Shown here: in pieces, positions 1-9,939 of the stretch
Layout: the number at the start of each line of letters is the position of its first letter
Position numbering within the stretch: the stretch's first letter is position 1
Source: Alkalispirochaeta sp.
GTDB lineage: Bacteria; Spirochaetota; Spirochaetia; DSM-27196; Alkalispirochaetaceae
Assembly (NCBI GenBank): GCA_965601925.1
Contig: OZ271854.1
Location: forward strand, 3,424,001 to 3,488,000
Direction of reading: 5' to 3'
DNA: 64,000 nucleotides
Notes under the pieces: model-generated
What the model was told of the DNA's origin: nothing
Seen by the model: only the letters and a program-made list of their open reading frames with translations
The model's database searches: none
Translations under genes and position numbers: made by a program

Positions 1-1726
1 CATCCGAGAGTCCGTGGTAGACCACCGGAGAGACGATGATATCGTCCGATTCCACAACGACATTCACCCGTTTTCCGCGTGACGCCGCCAGTTGGTCGGC
101 AAGATCCGCCGTTCTCGAGAAAAGATCCACGAGGCGGAGTCTCGAAATCGAATCCAAGGCGGTCAGAAGCTTCTCATCATCGGGGTGTTTGGCACGGGCA
201 TACGTGTAAATGTCCCTGAGTACGCGACCGTCAACCTCCCTGACACCGGAGGCGCGCGTCCAGCTTTCGCCGAGCGCGGCGGTGACATAGGAAAGCTCCT
301 CGTTATAGGCGCTGCGAAACTGAGCAATCTCCGGACCCAGCGGTTCGGCCTCTCCGAGTATGCCGTATTCGGCGAGCGTCGTTTCGAGGTCGTGCGCCAA
401 GTGCGCAGTCTTTCGCATACGTAGAAAGCCCGCGTTCGATTTAAAGGTGTGTAGATCGCGCACCAATGCGTCGTGGTCCGCGTCGGTCGCGGTGTACGAT
501 CCCGACGATACGTGCGATTCCAGCGTACCGAACAGCTCCGTAGCCTCCTCCACGAGATTCAGGAAATAGGGTCGTGCCGTAACGATCCGCAGCACCATTT
601 CGCGCGTCGCGGTCTGCTCTTCGAGCTCTCTCTGCAGCGTCTCCGTTTCGGTGATGTCTCTGAGCGAGCACATTACCGTAGTCTTATCTACGGAGCGAAA
701 GTTGAGCTCGACGATCTTCTCGTTGATGGTCACCGTGCGATCCATGACATCGAATACAACCTCGGGTCGGGACGAACCGGAGAAAACCAGTCCCATGGCG
801 TAGATCAAGTCCTCCCGTTTCTGCGAGTCGTTGAAGAGCGTATCGGCGATGTTTTCACCTACCACCGATCGACCGAAAATCGCCGCGCACTCCCGCGAAA
901 TCTCGGGGCGAATCGTTAAATCACTCCCGAAGGAGAGAAAACCCTCTCCGGAGAAATCCAGCAAACTCTGGATCGATCGCGTGCGCTCGCGTACCGTCTC
1001 CTCGAGGTTCACATTGGCCGTTCGCAATACGCGGAGACTGGTGAAGATGGCGATCAGCGAGAAGGTCAATAGGAGCAATATCAGAACCGCCGTGACGACA
1101 ACGGTCAGCCGTGTGACGCGATCGGCGGCCGACTGAATATCGTTACCGAACCCTTCGAGCGCCGAGGTTGCGAAGAACCACAGCTGTGCATTCGTCGCAT
1201 CGATCTCGAAGAAGGCGCGTTGGAGGTCGAAAAGCGTCGCGTCGTACTCTTGACCCAACGTCTCCTCGGCGAGGCCCGCGCGTATCTGGGCCAATACGTC
1301 GGAGACGTTCGTCCGGTCTACCGACGGCATCTCGAACTGCATCGACTCGAGCAGGAGGTCGTTTCCCGAGACGAAGCCGTTTGTCGTGATACTCCAGAGA
1401 TTTCTCGTCTGTCGTACTTGCTGGACTACCGTAGGCCCCAACAACGGAAGTCCTTCGTGAAACGAAAGATCGTCGAGCCGTTCGAATGAGTCCTCGAACG
1501 CGTTTCGCCACGTCTCGTGCGCCTCATCGAGTTCGGAGGCGGTATACAGGAGATCGTAGGTCACGTTTGAGAGGCGATACATGCTCTGGAGGGAGAGCTC
1601 GACGTCCAGTCGAAGAGACTGGAGCACTGTCGCGCGAGTGAAGGCAAACACCGTGAGGGCGATACCGATACCCGTTGCGACAAGGGTAAAAATCGTCACA
1701 AGCCGTAAGCGAACCGTATGTGTCAT
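1..1726 (-). CDS. Membrane-anchored CheA-like histidine kinase (2 TM, PAS-like region, Hpt, start of kinase core); partial, runs off the window start
   Basis: Not in the ORF track; translated manually from ATG 1726 (MTHTVRLRLVTIFTLVATGIGIALTVFAF...). Second TM VVVTAVLILLLLTFSLIAIF, Hpt motif LVRDLHTFKSNAGFL..AHDLE, then CheA-like LFSRTADLADQLAASRGKRV. Confidence 0.75.
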   Translation of the reverse strand, partial: MTHTVRLRLVTIFTLVATGIGIALTVFAFTRATVLQSLRLDVELSLQSMYRLSNVTYDLLYTASELDEAHETWRNAFEDSFERLDDLSFHEGLPLLGPTVVQQVRQTRNLWSITTNGFVSGNDLLLESMQFEMPSVDRTNVSDVLAQIRAGLAEETLGQEYDATLFDLQRAFFEIDATNAQLWFFATSALEGFGNDIQSAADRVTRLTVVVTAVLILLLLTFSLIAIFTSLRVLRTANVNLEETVRERTRSIQSLLDFSGEGFLSFGSDLTIRPEISRECAAIFGRSVVGENIADTLFNDSQKREDLIYAMGLVFSGSSRPEVVFDVMDRTVTINEKIVELNFRSVDKTTVMCSLRDITETETLQRELEEQTATREMVLRIVTARPYFLNLVEEATELFGTLESHVSSGSYTATDADHDALVRDLHTFKSNAGFLRMRKTAHLAHDLETTLAEYGILGEAEPLGPEIAQFRSAYNEELSYVTAALGESWTRASGVREVDGRVLRDIYTYARAKHPDDEKLLTALDSISRLRLVDLFSRTADLADQLAASRGKRVNVVVESDDIIVSPVVYHGLSD

Positions 1727-1902
1727 ATCGATCGTATCCTTGACGCTAAGTCATGATATTAGGAGAAGTACTCCCGACGCGCAAGGGACGAAGAGCCGAT
1801 TTTCGGGAATCGAGAGGACCCGTTTGCACCGAGAGCGTCGGCGGCCGACCCGCGCGATTTTCAAACGCGTCATGGTATGTCTCGGTCGGGGTGGGAGGGC
1901 GT

Positions 1903-2763
1903 CTACTCGCCGGTACGGCTCGTCGGGCGACGCTTGGCGCGAAAGTGCTCCGCCAAAGCGATCGGAATCTTCACCGTCTCGCCGACTTCGGTGCGTCGCA
2001 TGGCCTCAATTGCCACGGGGGGTAACGAAAACCAGTATGAAGCCTCGCGCCGGGCGCGCGCCGCGTCGCGGGACTCCAGCGCATCCACGACTTCGAGGAT
2101 CGATGCTTTTTCAAACGCCATATCTACATCGACACCCGCCGGGTCGTCCTTCCAGTGGCGAAGCGAACGAATGGAGCGTAACGCCGGCGAAAGGAGTGCG
2201 AACACCTTATTGTGCGTCGCGGCAAAGATCGTATCGAGATACTCGGCGAGCGACTCGCTGAACTCCCGCGTGACCGGCTCGTCCCCCCCGGCCGATACGA
2301 CCCGCACCGCCGTCGCCGCGTCGCGAGCGTCGCGCTCGGCAACGGTTATGTAGCGCTCGGCGGCGACGCGAATCCGCACGAGATCGTCCTCCGTCGCATT
2401 ACGCGCCGCCATGGCGAGCACTTCGGGCCACACGATGCGCGAGAACTCCTCCACATCCCACGCCGTGGCGCGCTCTCTGCGTAGCGCAAGACGGAGCGAG
2501 TCCGAGAAGGCGGCCATGGGCGAGGTGGTTACAAAGGCCCCGCGTCCGTGTTGTACGTCTACAAGACCCCGAGTAGCGAGGACGCGGGTGGCGTCGCGCA
2601 CGACGCTTCGACTCACCCCGAACAGGTCGGCAAGCTCAGGCTCGGTCGGAATGGGCTCTCCCGCTTTGAATCGTCCGGCGAGAATGTCCTCGGTCAAATT
2701 GTCGGCCAGCTCCTCCGCCATCGTTCTGCGTTGGAGGTGGCGGTGACCCCGTCGCTCGGTCAT
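1903..2763 (-). CDS. GntR/FadR family transcriptional regulator
   Basis: wHTH IPTEPELADLFGVSRSVVRDA...VQHGRGAFV plus FCD-like C-terminus. Start moved to ATG 2763, 6 nt after a TGnTATGCT -10. Confidence 0.9.
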   Translation of the reverse strand: MTERRGHRHLQRRTMAEELADNLTEDILAGRFKAGEPIPTEPELADLFGVSRSVVRDATRVLATRGLVDVQHGRGAFVTTSPMAAFSDSLRLALRRERATAWDVEEFSRIVWPEVLAMAARNATEDDLVRIRVAAERYITVAERDARDAATAVRVVSAGGDEPVTREFSESLAEYLDTIFAATHNKVFALLSPALRSIRSLRHWKDDPAGVDVDMAFEKASILEVVDALESRDAARARREASYWFSLPPVAIEAMRRTEVGETVKIPIALAEHFRAKRRPTSRTGE

Positions 2764-2805
2764 AACGTCAGCATAGCAGGGGGCAAAATACGTTGACAAG
2801 ATATT

Positions 2806-2834
2806 TTCATCATGTCATCATATGACATGATGAA
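2806..2834. promoter_or_regulatory. Perfect inverted repeat, probable GntR/FadR operator between divergent genes
   Basis: TTCATCATGTCAT-cat-ATGACATGATGAA (13-bp arms), just downstream of TTGACA at 2793-2798. Confidence 0.7.
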
Positions 2835-2894
2835 TCTTTCGTATCACGGATTTACCGTCTCAACGGTTCACGAGCGACGTTTCGAGGGGGGTGT

Positions 2895-4172
2895 ATGACC
2901 GGCGCATATCTTCGTCGCGTTGCGATCGCTCACCAGACGCTGCATTGGTTCATCATCGGGCTCCTGACGCCGGTACTCAGCCTTATCCAAATTGAAAAAG
3001 GGCTTAACCTCGTCGAAATCGGCTTTACCACAACGGTCATGTCGATTGCCGTCGTGCTCTTGGAGGTGCCGACCGGGAGCGTGGCGGATACGATCGGGAG
3101 GAAGCGGACATACGTCCTGTCAACGGGGGTCCAGGGCGTCGGGTTGGTGCTCTTATCGGTAGCGACGGGCCTTCCCGGAGTCGCGGTGGGGCTCATGCTG
3201 TTCGGGATCGCGCGTGCCCTGTCGTCCGGTACCATGGAGGCTCATTTCGTCGACGAGTTTCAACGCCTCGCGCCGGAGGGCGACCTTCACGCCTTTCTGG
3301 CCCGAATCAATATCTTTGTATTGGCGGGCCTCGCCGTCGGCGGTTTGATCGGCGGGTATCTCCCGGAGACGCTCGGTGTCGTTCTCGCACGCGTCGATGT
3401 ATTCGATCGCTTCTCCGGCAACCTCATCGTCGCCGCGCTCATCGCCGCCCTCCAGGCGCTTTTGACCACAATCCTCGTTCGCGAGAGGTCGCCCGTCGCG
3501 GGCGACGAGAGAGGCGCCGCGATGGTCGAGCGCTTCAAGGCGGTATTGGAGACGTCGTTTCGTATCGTGCTTCGCGATCGTCTGGTCTTGGTACTCATGA
3601 TCGGCGCCGCGACGTGGGGAGTCGCATTTGCCGGCCTGGAGACGTTCTGGCAGCCCCACCTCGCCACGCTCGCCGAGGGGAACGGCGCGGAACGGACGAC
3701 GGCGGGCGGTACCGTCGTGTTCGGACTCGTTACCATGGGGTACTTTCTTGCGGGCGCCGTGGGAAGCGCTCTGGCGGTCGGGTTTTCTCGAGTGTTCCGC
3801 GGACGGTTGGCAAGCGTTGTGGCGGCGCTTCGGGTGGGTTGCGGTGTGCTGTTCGTAGCCCTCTCGCTTCAGCGTGGCGTCGGCTCATTTGCCGTGTTCT
3901 ATCTCACGCTCTTTTGCCTCAACGGCGTCGCCGGTTCTCCGGAGGAAACCTTGTTCAATGAAGCGGTGCCGGGGCGTGTTCGTTCGACACTGCTCTCGTT
4001 TCGCTCGCTCTCTCTCCAACTCGGCGGCGCGGTGGGCGCTCTCGTTCTGGGGTTGGTCGCCGAGTATCGCTCGATCGCCCTGGCGTGGCAGATCGCAGGC
4101 GCGGCGTTCGCCCTTTCCGCACTGTTATTCGTCCGGGCGGCGCGTGGTGAACGAATGTCTGTCTCGTCATGA
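2895..4172 (+). CDS. MFS transporter
   Basis: About 12 hydrophobic segments; motif A-like EVPTGSVADTIGRKRT. Confidence 0.9.
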   Translation: MTGAYLRRVAIAHQTLHWFIIGLLTPVLSLIQIEKGLNLVEIGFTTTVMSIAVVLLEVPTGSVADTIGRKRTYVLSTGVQGVGLVLLSVATGLPGVAVGLMLFGIARALSSGTMEAHFVDEFQRLAPEGDLHAFLARINIFVLAGLAVGGLIGGYLPETLGVVLARVDVFDRFSGNLIVAALIAALQALLTTILVRERSPVAGDERGAAMVERFKAVLETSFRIVLRDRLVLVLMIGAATWGVAFAGLETFWQPHLATLAEGNGAERTTAGGTVVFGLVTMGYFLAGAVGSALAVGFSRVFRGRLASVVAALRVGCGVLFVALSLQRGVGSFAVFYLTLFCLNGVAGSPEETLFNEAVPGRVRSTLLSFRSLSLQLGGAVGALVLGLVAEYRSIALAWQIAGAAFALSALLFVRAARGERMSVSS

Positions 4173-4317
4173 TCCGCCCAAATGTTTGGAGCGAGAGAAG
4201 TGTTGCGCTCCCGACGACAAAAGCGGGCGAGCGTCAAGGCGGTCAGCCAGGACTACTGCGCGACGCGGGCGCGCCGACGACGTCTTCTTTGCAGGACCGT
4301 CGATATCGTCTCGTCGT

Positions 4318-5631
4318 CTATTCCGCGATCAACGCGGTGTGAGAGAACCAGAAGTGTTGTACTCCCGGCGCAGGATCCAATCGTAATCCCTCTCGCGGTC
4401 CATCGACCGCCCTGCCGGCTGCGTTCCATCGACTTCCGGTAGCGCGATCCACTACCTCACCGCCGCGCGCCGACAGTTCTACCGGCTCGCCCTCCGTGGT
4501 CCGGGCGAAGAACACGTTTGCGCTTCCCACATCGTCGCCCTCGGCGATCCGTGCCGTGTCCAGGGCGCTTGCGGTTCCCGCTTCCCATATGGCGGCAAAG
4601 CGTTCCCCGCCGAGGGTGAACTCCACCACCCGTTCTCGACTGAGCACGGGGTAGGCCAGGGCGGTACTCTCTCCATTGTGCTCCAGGGATACGACGCGCT
4701 CCATGAGACTCCATTCACCGTTGATTGAGGGTGAACCGCCGCCGACCGGGGGGCGAAAGAGAAACGGTCGCTCGGCGGAGTCGTATCCGACGTACGGATT
4801 GGAACCGTATGCGCGGTTGAAGCCCGTGTTTCGGGAGAGTACGGCCGCCTCGGGCCACATCTCGGCCGCTTCGTCGAAGGAGAGCATCATGACGGGCACG
4901 AAGCGCAACCGCGTTCCCGCAAAAAAACCCGCTACGGCGTCTCCCGACGCCTGTTGCCACCACGATTCCGTCTGACGGTCGTACATGATTAAATTTGAGA
5001 AACGCAACCGGCCGGTCGTACCGAAATCGAGAACTGCGCCGTGATGGCGCCGATCGAAGGCGATGCCGGTGTTGCACAGCGGGCAGTAGGTAACCGTAAC
5101 CGGCACGCCGCCCACCACGTCGTTAACGATCTCGTGCCACGTGAGAACCTGCAAAGGGTAGATGTGAGCGGCCGCCTCGTCGTGCAACGGGTCGTCTTCT
5201 CCGTCCCTTCTGGCGACGACCGCCGACTCGATGACCAGGACCGGTTCGCGACGGTGTACCCACTCGCGCGCCGCCTCGACGGAGACGAACTGCGGATCGT
5301 CGATGGCCGGAATACCGTCCTTGGGCGGGCCGCCGGAGAGTACATCCGCAAAGGATATGGTCGACCGGGAAAAGTCGGTAGAGAACTCGTTGCCGGCGCG
5401 ACCGGGCACACCCTGATCGAGAAACTCCTCGGGAAGATCCATCCGTGCGACCGGCGGAGACGTCGGTAAGGCGCCGGGTGCGACGACCGATACATCGTCG
5501 CGACCGGCCGACGGCTCCGGTGCCTCGGCGCTTCCGACGGCGATCACGGATACCGGGTAGACCGCGGCCGCGGCGAGCACGAGTGCGATCCTGAAGGGTA
5601 AAGTGCGCGGCACCGTTCGGTTGCATCCCAT
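4318..5631 (-). CDS. Exported DUF3179 family protein
   Basis: GGPPKDGIPAID, HEIVND, TYCPLCNTG, NLIMYDRQTESWWQQ. Start at ATG 5631 after SD AAGGAG; the longer ORF overlaps EamA. Confidence 0.85.
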   Translation of the reverse strand: MGCNRTVPRTLPFRIALVLAAAAVYPVSVIAVGSAEAPEPSAGRDDVSVVAPGALPTSPPVARMDLPEEFLDQGVPGRAGNEFSTDFSRSTISFADVLSGGPPKDGIPAIDDPQFVSVEAAREWVHRREPVLVIESAVVARRDGEDDPLHDEAAAHIYPLQVLTWHEIVNDVVGGVPVTVTYCPLCNTGIAFDRRHHGAVLDFGTTGRLRFSNLIMYDRQTESWWQQASGDAVAGFFAGTRLRFVPVMMLSFDEAAEMWPEAAVLSRNTGFNRAYGSNPYVGYDSAERPFLFRPPVGGGSPSINGEWSLMERVVSLEHNGESTALAYPVLSRERVVEFTLGGERFAAIWEAGTASALDTARIAEGDDVGSANVFFARTTEGEPVELSARGGEVVDRATGSRWNAAGRAVDGPREGLRLDPAPGVQHFWFSHTALIAE

Positions 5632-5741
5632 AGTGGCGCTCCTTTCACGCGCGATAAACCATGCATGTATATAAAAATATCGCGCCCTCTCTATGAAACG
5701 TCGAGTGAGGAGCCCTGCATCGGCGCGAAGTTCCGCGCGAT

Positions 5742-6590
5742 CTACCCGAGAGACATCAGCGCCACTCCGACCAGCGCCATGACGATTCCCATACTGCGAA
5801 CGGCGCCGACTCGCTCGCCGAAGAAGACGCGCGAAAGAAAGACCGTTTGGGCCGGCGCCGCCGAGGCGACGACCGTGACGATGGCGAGAAGCCCGTGACG
5901 CAGTGCCAGGACGAATGCGATGTTGGCCGCCATATCCAACGCCCCGGCGGTCAGCACGGCGGGATAGTGTGAGCGGATACGTCGGCGGCGGCGCGACACG
6001 ACGATCAAGAGCGCCATCGCAACGACCGAGGAGAGGCGCGCCGTCGCGAGGGGCCATACGCCGGATTGCTCGGCGGGTAAACTGATACAGATAAAAAAGA
6101 GGCCGAACATACCGCCGGCCAGAGCCCCGTCGGACCACGATTCGAATGTGCGCTTGCGATCGCGCGGCCCATGCATTCCATTGTTATGCCACGACATAAG
6201 GACGATCGCCGGGAGGCTCACGACGATCCCGAGACCCGCCGTCCATGTGAAACGTTCTCCGCCGATAAGACCGAACAATACCGGCACGACCGCTCCCAGC
6301 AGCGCCGCCAAGGGTGAGACGATCGAGACGTATCCGCGCGCGAGCCCGCGGTAGAGGAATGCGAGGCCGACCATGCCGGACAGTCCGGCCGCCGCGCCCC
6401 ACGCAAGATCGCGTGGTCCGGGAAAGGTCGATCGACCGTCGAGGACGGCAAAAATGAGTACGACTGCCAACCCGACGATCTGCGAATGGAGCATGACCGC
6501 AGGAACGGCATTCCTGCGGCTGGCGAGTCCGCCGGCGAAGTCGGCGGTTCCGAAGAACACGGCTGAAAGGGCTGCTAAAACGACGGCCAT
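5742..6590 (-). CDS. EamA/DMT family transporter
   Basis: About 10 TM segments in two repeats; FGTADFAGG start; ATG 6590 is 6 nt after TATATT. Confidence 0.85.
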   Translation of the reverse strand: MAVVLAALSAVFFGTADFAGGLASRRNAVPAVMLHSQIVGLAVVLIFAVLDGRSTFPGPRDLAWGAAAGLSGMVGLAFLYRGLARGYVSIVSPLAALLGAVVPVLFGLIGGERFTWTAGLGIVVSLPAIVLMSWHNNGMHGPRDRKRTFESWSDGALAGGMFGLFFICISLPAEQSGVWPLATARLSSVVAMALLIVVSRRRRRIRSHYPAVLTAGALDMAANIAFVLALRHGLLAIVTVVASAAPAQTVFLSRVFFGERVGAVRSMGIVMALVGVALMSLG

Positions 6591-6823
6591 GGCCGGAATA
6601 TAGCCCTTGGCTGGCGGTTCGGCGAGGCGAGGAGGTTTCGAACGGTGAGCAAAACGGTAGCGCGACATGAGGCGGCACCGGCTCGGAGGATTCCTGCCGT
6701 GCCGATCCTCCTCCGAGCGCACCTTCCGAGGAACGAGTCGGTAAGCCCCCGGCGACAGGATGATCGGAAAGAGCGGCCGGCGCCGATTTACATGCGCGGA
6801 GACGACGCCTATACTCGCCTATC

Positions 6824-7315
6824 GTGAGTAGCAACGCGCGCAAAGTCACCAATCCGTATGTCGGTCATGAGGGGTATCACTGCTTCGGCTGCGATCCCGA
6901 CAATCGGTCGGGACTTCGTCTGGAGTTTGTCGTGGAGGGGGCGGTGTTGAAGAGCACTTGGGAGCCCAGGGCGGAGTTGGAAGGGTATCCCGGGGTGATT
7001 CACGGCGGTATTCAGGCGACTCTTGCCGACGAGATCGGCGGGTGGTACCTCCACGCGGTGCGCGGTCAGGCCGGCATGACCAAAGACTTGCAGATCACCT
7101 ACCACAAGCCGGCGCTCACCACCGACGGCCCGTTTTTTCTGGAAGCGCGGGAGGTCGAAGAGTCGAGGCGGACGGTGACGGTAGCGGTCGAGCTTCGCGG
7201 GAGGAGCGGCACGGTATTCAGTACCACGCGCTGCGTGTACGTCGTCTTTTCGGATGAGGTGGCGCGCAAACGCCTCAGCTTTCCCGGGAAAGAGGCGTTT
7301 TTACCGTCCGAGTAG
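6824..7315 (+). CDS. PaaI/hotdog-fold thioesterase
   Basis: CFGC...N..GL and GYPGVIHGGIQATLADE motifs. Confidence 0.85.
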   Translation: MSSNARKVTNPYVGHEGYHCFGCDPDNRSGLRLEFVVEGAVLKSTWEPRAELEGYPGVIHGGIQATLADEIGGWYLHAVRGQAGMTKDLQITYHKPALTTDGPFFLEAREVEESRRTVTVAVELRGRSGTVFSTTRCVYVVFSDEVARKRLSFPGKEAFLPSE

Positions 7316-7351
7316 CGATCCCGCACCGTCGGCCGGACGGGGTTGGGTGCC

Positions 7352-8014
7352 TTACCGCTCGATGGCACTGAACGATGCGCCGAGGGTGCGTACCATGGCC
7401 GAGCGAGCGAGATCGACGACGGGGACGCCGCAGCTATCGATCAGCGCCGAATCGGAGGTCGCGATCATATCCATCGCGAGTCCCTTGAGCGTGTAGTCCG
7501 CAGACCGGGTAACGTGTAATTCGACGGAGCAGCCGCCATCTTCGAGCTCGTCGGCAAGAAAGCGACCGTGCCGGCGACTGTGGGATACCGGCTCATCGAA
7601 GCAGAGTAGGATATGCTTGGGTTGGAGCGCAACGATCTCATCGGCGAGGATCGATATGGCACGCTCGATAAGCTCTCCGTTGCGAACCTTGCCGTGGACG
7701 CCGCCGATATCCCGGAGCAGGCCGTCGTCGGCCTCGAACACGCGAACGCCTCGGAGGTAGTTGGCGATGGTGAGCAAAACGTTGTGCCCGTCCACGCCGA
7801 TCGTTGCATTGCGAGCTACCCTCGGCGAGACCAGACGCCTACGGCGATCGTGTGCACGATCGGTGGTCGTGACGCCGCGAAACAGTATCTGACGCTCGTC
7901 GCGGTCGAGACGATGCCGGTCTCCCACCAGCTTAAGGCTCCCCGATGTCGGATACCCGCGATCGAGAAGCCATCGATACTCCCGTGTCGCCGCGGCAAAT
8001 GTACCTTCGCCCAT
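7352..8014 (-). CDS. DUF434 domain (PIN-like) protein
   Basis: LLDRGYP..SLKLVGDRHRL..R, VDGHNVL, DGLLRD, PVSHS, IATSDSALID. Confidence 0.75.
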   Translation of the reverse strand: MGEGTFAAATREYRWLLDRGYPTSGSLKLVGDRHRLDRDERQILFRGVTTTDRAHDRRRRLVSPRVARNATIGVDGHNVLLTIANYLRGVRVFEADDGLLRDIGGVHGKVRNGELIERAISILADEIVALQPKHILLCFDEPVSHSRRHGRFLADELEDGGCSVELHVTRSADYTLKGLAMDMIATSDSALIDSCGVPVVDLARSAMVRTLGASFSAIER

Positions 8015-8189
8015 ATGATCGTTTTAGTCTACGAGGGGCGGGAATCGTGACACAAGAGTCTTCCGAATCGAAGCAAAGGGTCCGAATGGTCGCGCCTCGA
8101 CGTAGGTCCCTCGCGCTACGACCCGACGCAGCGCACGCTACGCCGGGTCCGCATTTTCCACGTTACACGATACTGCAGCCGACGGCCCG

Positions 8190-9872
8190 TTACCCCACGA
8201 TGGCCGCGAGGTCGTCCTCGACGGTGGTCGTTACCGCGAGATCGAAGGTCTCCACCAACACTTTCGCGACCCCCGGGCTGAGAAACGCCGGCAACGTCGG
8301 GCCGATCCGTACACCCTTGAACCCGAGGGCGAGGAGGGCGAGAAGCACCGCCACGGCCTTCTGTTCGTACCACGCGATGTCGAACTCGATGGGAAGATCA
8401 TTGATATCTCCCACCTCGAAGATCTCTTTTAGCTTGAGGGCAATGACCGCCAAGGAGTAGCTATCGTTGCATTGCCCCGCATCCAGAACCCGCGGAATGC
8501 CGCCTATGTCACCGAGATCGAGTTTGTTGTAGCGATACTTGGCACACCCGGCCGTAAGGATGACCGCGTCTGCCGGAAGTGCTCGAGCCATATCGGTGAA
8601 GTAGCTTCTCCCCTTCTGGCGTCCGTCGCATCCGGCCATCACGACGAACTTTTTGATCGCACCCGACTTGACCGCGTCGACTACCGTATCGGCGAGGGCT
8701 GTAACCTGGGCGTGGGCGAATCCGCCGGTAATGGTGCCGGATTCCAACTCCGTGGGCGGTGGGCAACGCTTCGCAAGCTCGATGATCTCCGAGAAGTCTT
8801 TGCGCGACTCCGGCGCTCCGTCCCGATCGGGAATGTGCGTGATACCCGGGAAGGCGACCGCTCCCGTGGTGAAGATACGCTCCTTGTACGCGTCCTTCGG
8901 GGGAACGAGGCAGTTGGTCGTCATGAGAATCGGTCCGTTGAACGACGCGAACTCCTTGTCCTGGAGCCACCACGAGTTACCGTAGTTGCCGACAAAGTGA
9001 GAGTACTTCTTGAACACCGGATAGTAGTGCGCCGGAAGCATCTCGCCGTGGGTGTACACATCGACACCGCTGTCTGCGGTCTGCTCCAGTAGCTCATGCA
9101 GATCTTTGAGATCGTGTCCCGAAATAAGGATACCCGGGCGCGTCCCGACGCCGATATTGACCTGCGTAATCTCAGGGTTCCCGTAGGTCTCCGTGTTGGC
9201 GCGGTCCAAGAGTGCCATGACGGTGACTGCCGCGTTTCCCGTATCGAGGACGAGTTGCGTGAGCTCCTCGGCCGTCCCGGCGGTGACCGTTCCCGCGAGG
9301 ATTCGTATCACTTCGCGGTAGAGGGCGGAATCCTCGTACCCCAGGACCGCCGCGTGGTCTCCGTACGCCGCGATTCCCTTCACTCCGTAGATTGTGAGCT
9401 CCCGCAGCGCCCGAGCATCTTCATCGACCTCGGCGAGGATGGACGCCTCGGGAATCATGGCGTATAGCGCCGCTATATCACCCTCCGCGGCGCTCCACTT
9501 CACCGTACGGGGCAGATCGATCGTGGGCGCATGGCGTTGAATCGTCGCCGCAACGTCCCCTTTGAGTCGGAGTGTGAGCCCTATCATGTGCGCGAGACGC
9601 GCATCGTCGAAGGTGGCGTTGGTGATGGTTGCAAAGAGGGTGTGAAAAATCGTCCGGCCGCTCTCGACAACGGTCGCCTCAAAATCGACCGCTTTTTTGG
9701 TGTCGTCCGCAATGCTGCGATCGAGAGTCTCTACCGCCAGGGCGAGACCGCGGACCGCGTATACCAGAACGTCCTGAAGATTGGCCGTCGATTCCTCTTT
9801 GCCGCACACACCGCGCACCGTACACCCGATATTGCCCGCCGCCTCCTGGCATTGAAAACAGAACATGCTCAT
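8190..9872 (-). CDS. hcp: Hybrid cluster protein (hydroxylamine/NO reductase)
   Basis: N-terminal [19 protein letters not shown] (C-x2-C-x8-C-x5-C), [46 protein letters not shown]. Confidence 0.97.
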   Translation of the reverse strand: MSMFCFQCQEAAGNIGCTVRGVCGKEESTANLQDVLVYAVRGLALAVETLDRSIADDTKKAVDFEATVVESGRTIFHTLFATITNATFDDARLAHMIGLTLRLKGDVAATIQRHAPTIDLPRTVKWSAAEGDIAALYAMIPEASILAEVDEDARALRELTIYGVKGIAAYGDHAAVLGYEDSALYREVIRILAGTVTAGTAEELTQLVLDTGNAAVTVMALLDRANTETYGNPEITQVNIGVGTRPGILISGHDLKDLHELLEQTADSGVDVYTHGEMLPAHYYPVFKKYSHFVGNYGNSWWLQDKEFASFNGPILMTTNCLVPPKDAYKERIFTTGAVAFPGITHIPDRDGAPESRKDFSEIIELAKRCPPPTELESGTITGGFAHAQVTALADTVVDAVKSGAIKKFVVMAGCDGRQKGRSYFTDMARALPADAVILTAGCAKYRYNKLDLGDIGGIPRVLDAGQCNDSYSLAVIALKLKEIFEVGDINDLPIEFDIAWYEQKAVAVLLALLALGFKGVRIGPTLPAFLSPGVAKVLVETFDLAVTTTVEDDLAAIVG

Positions 9873-9939
9873 ACAATTCCTCCTGGATAGAACTCAGTCA
9901 GTTTTTTTTGTGACTTCCCCATTCTCCCGCACTCCCATA

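Noticed and set aside
4318..6138. Extended N-termini in the ORF track (DUF3179 606 aa, BMP 444 aa, ABC ATPase 612 aa, OppD 385 aa)
   Set aside because: The extensions overlap neighbouring genes and are low-complexity Arg-rich; downstream starts have SD or -10 support or fit the gene spacing.
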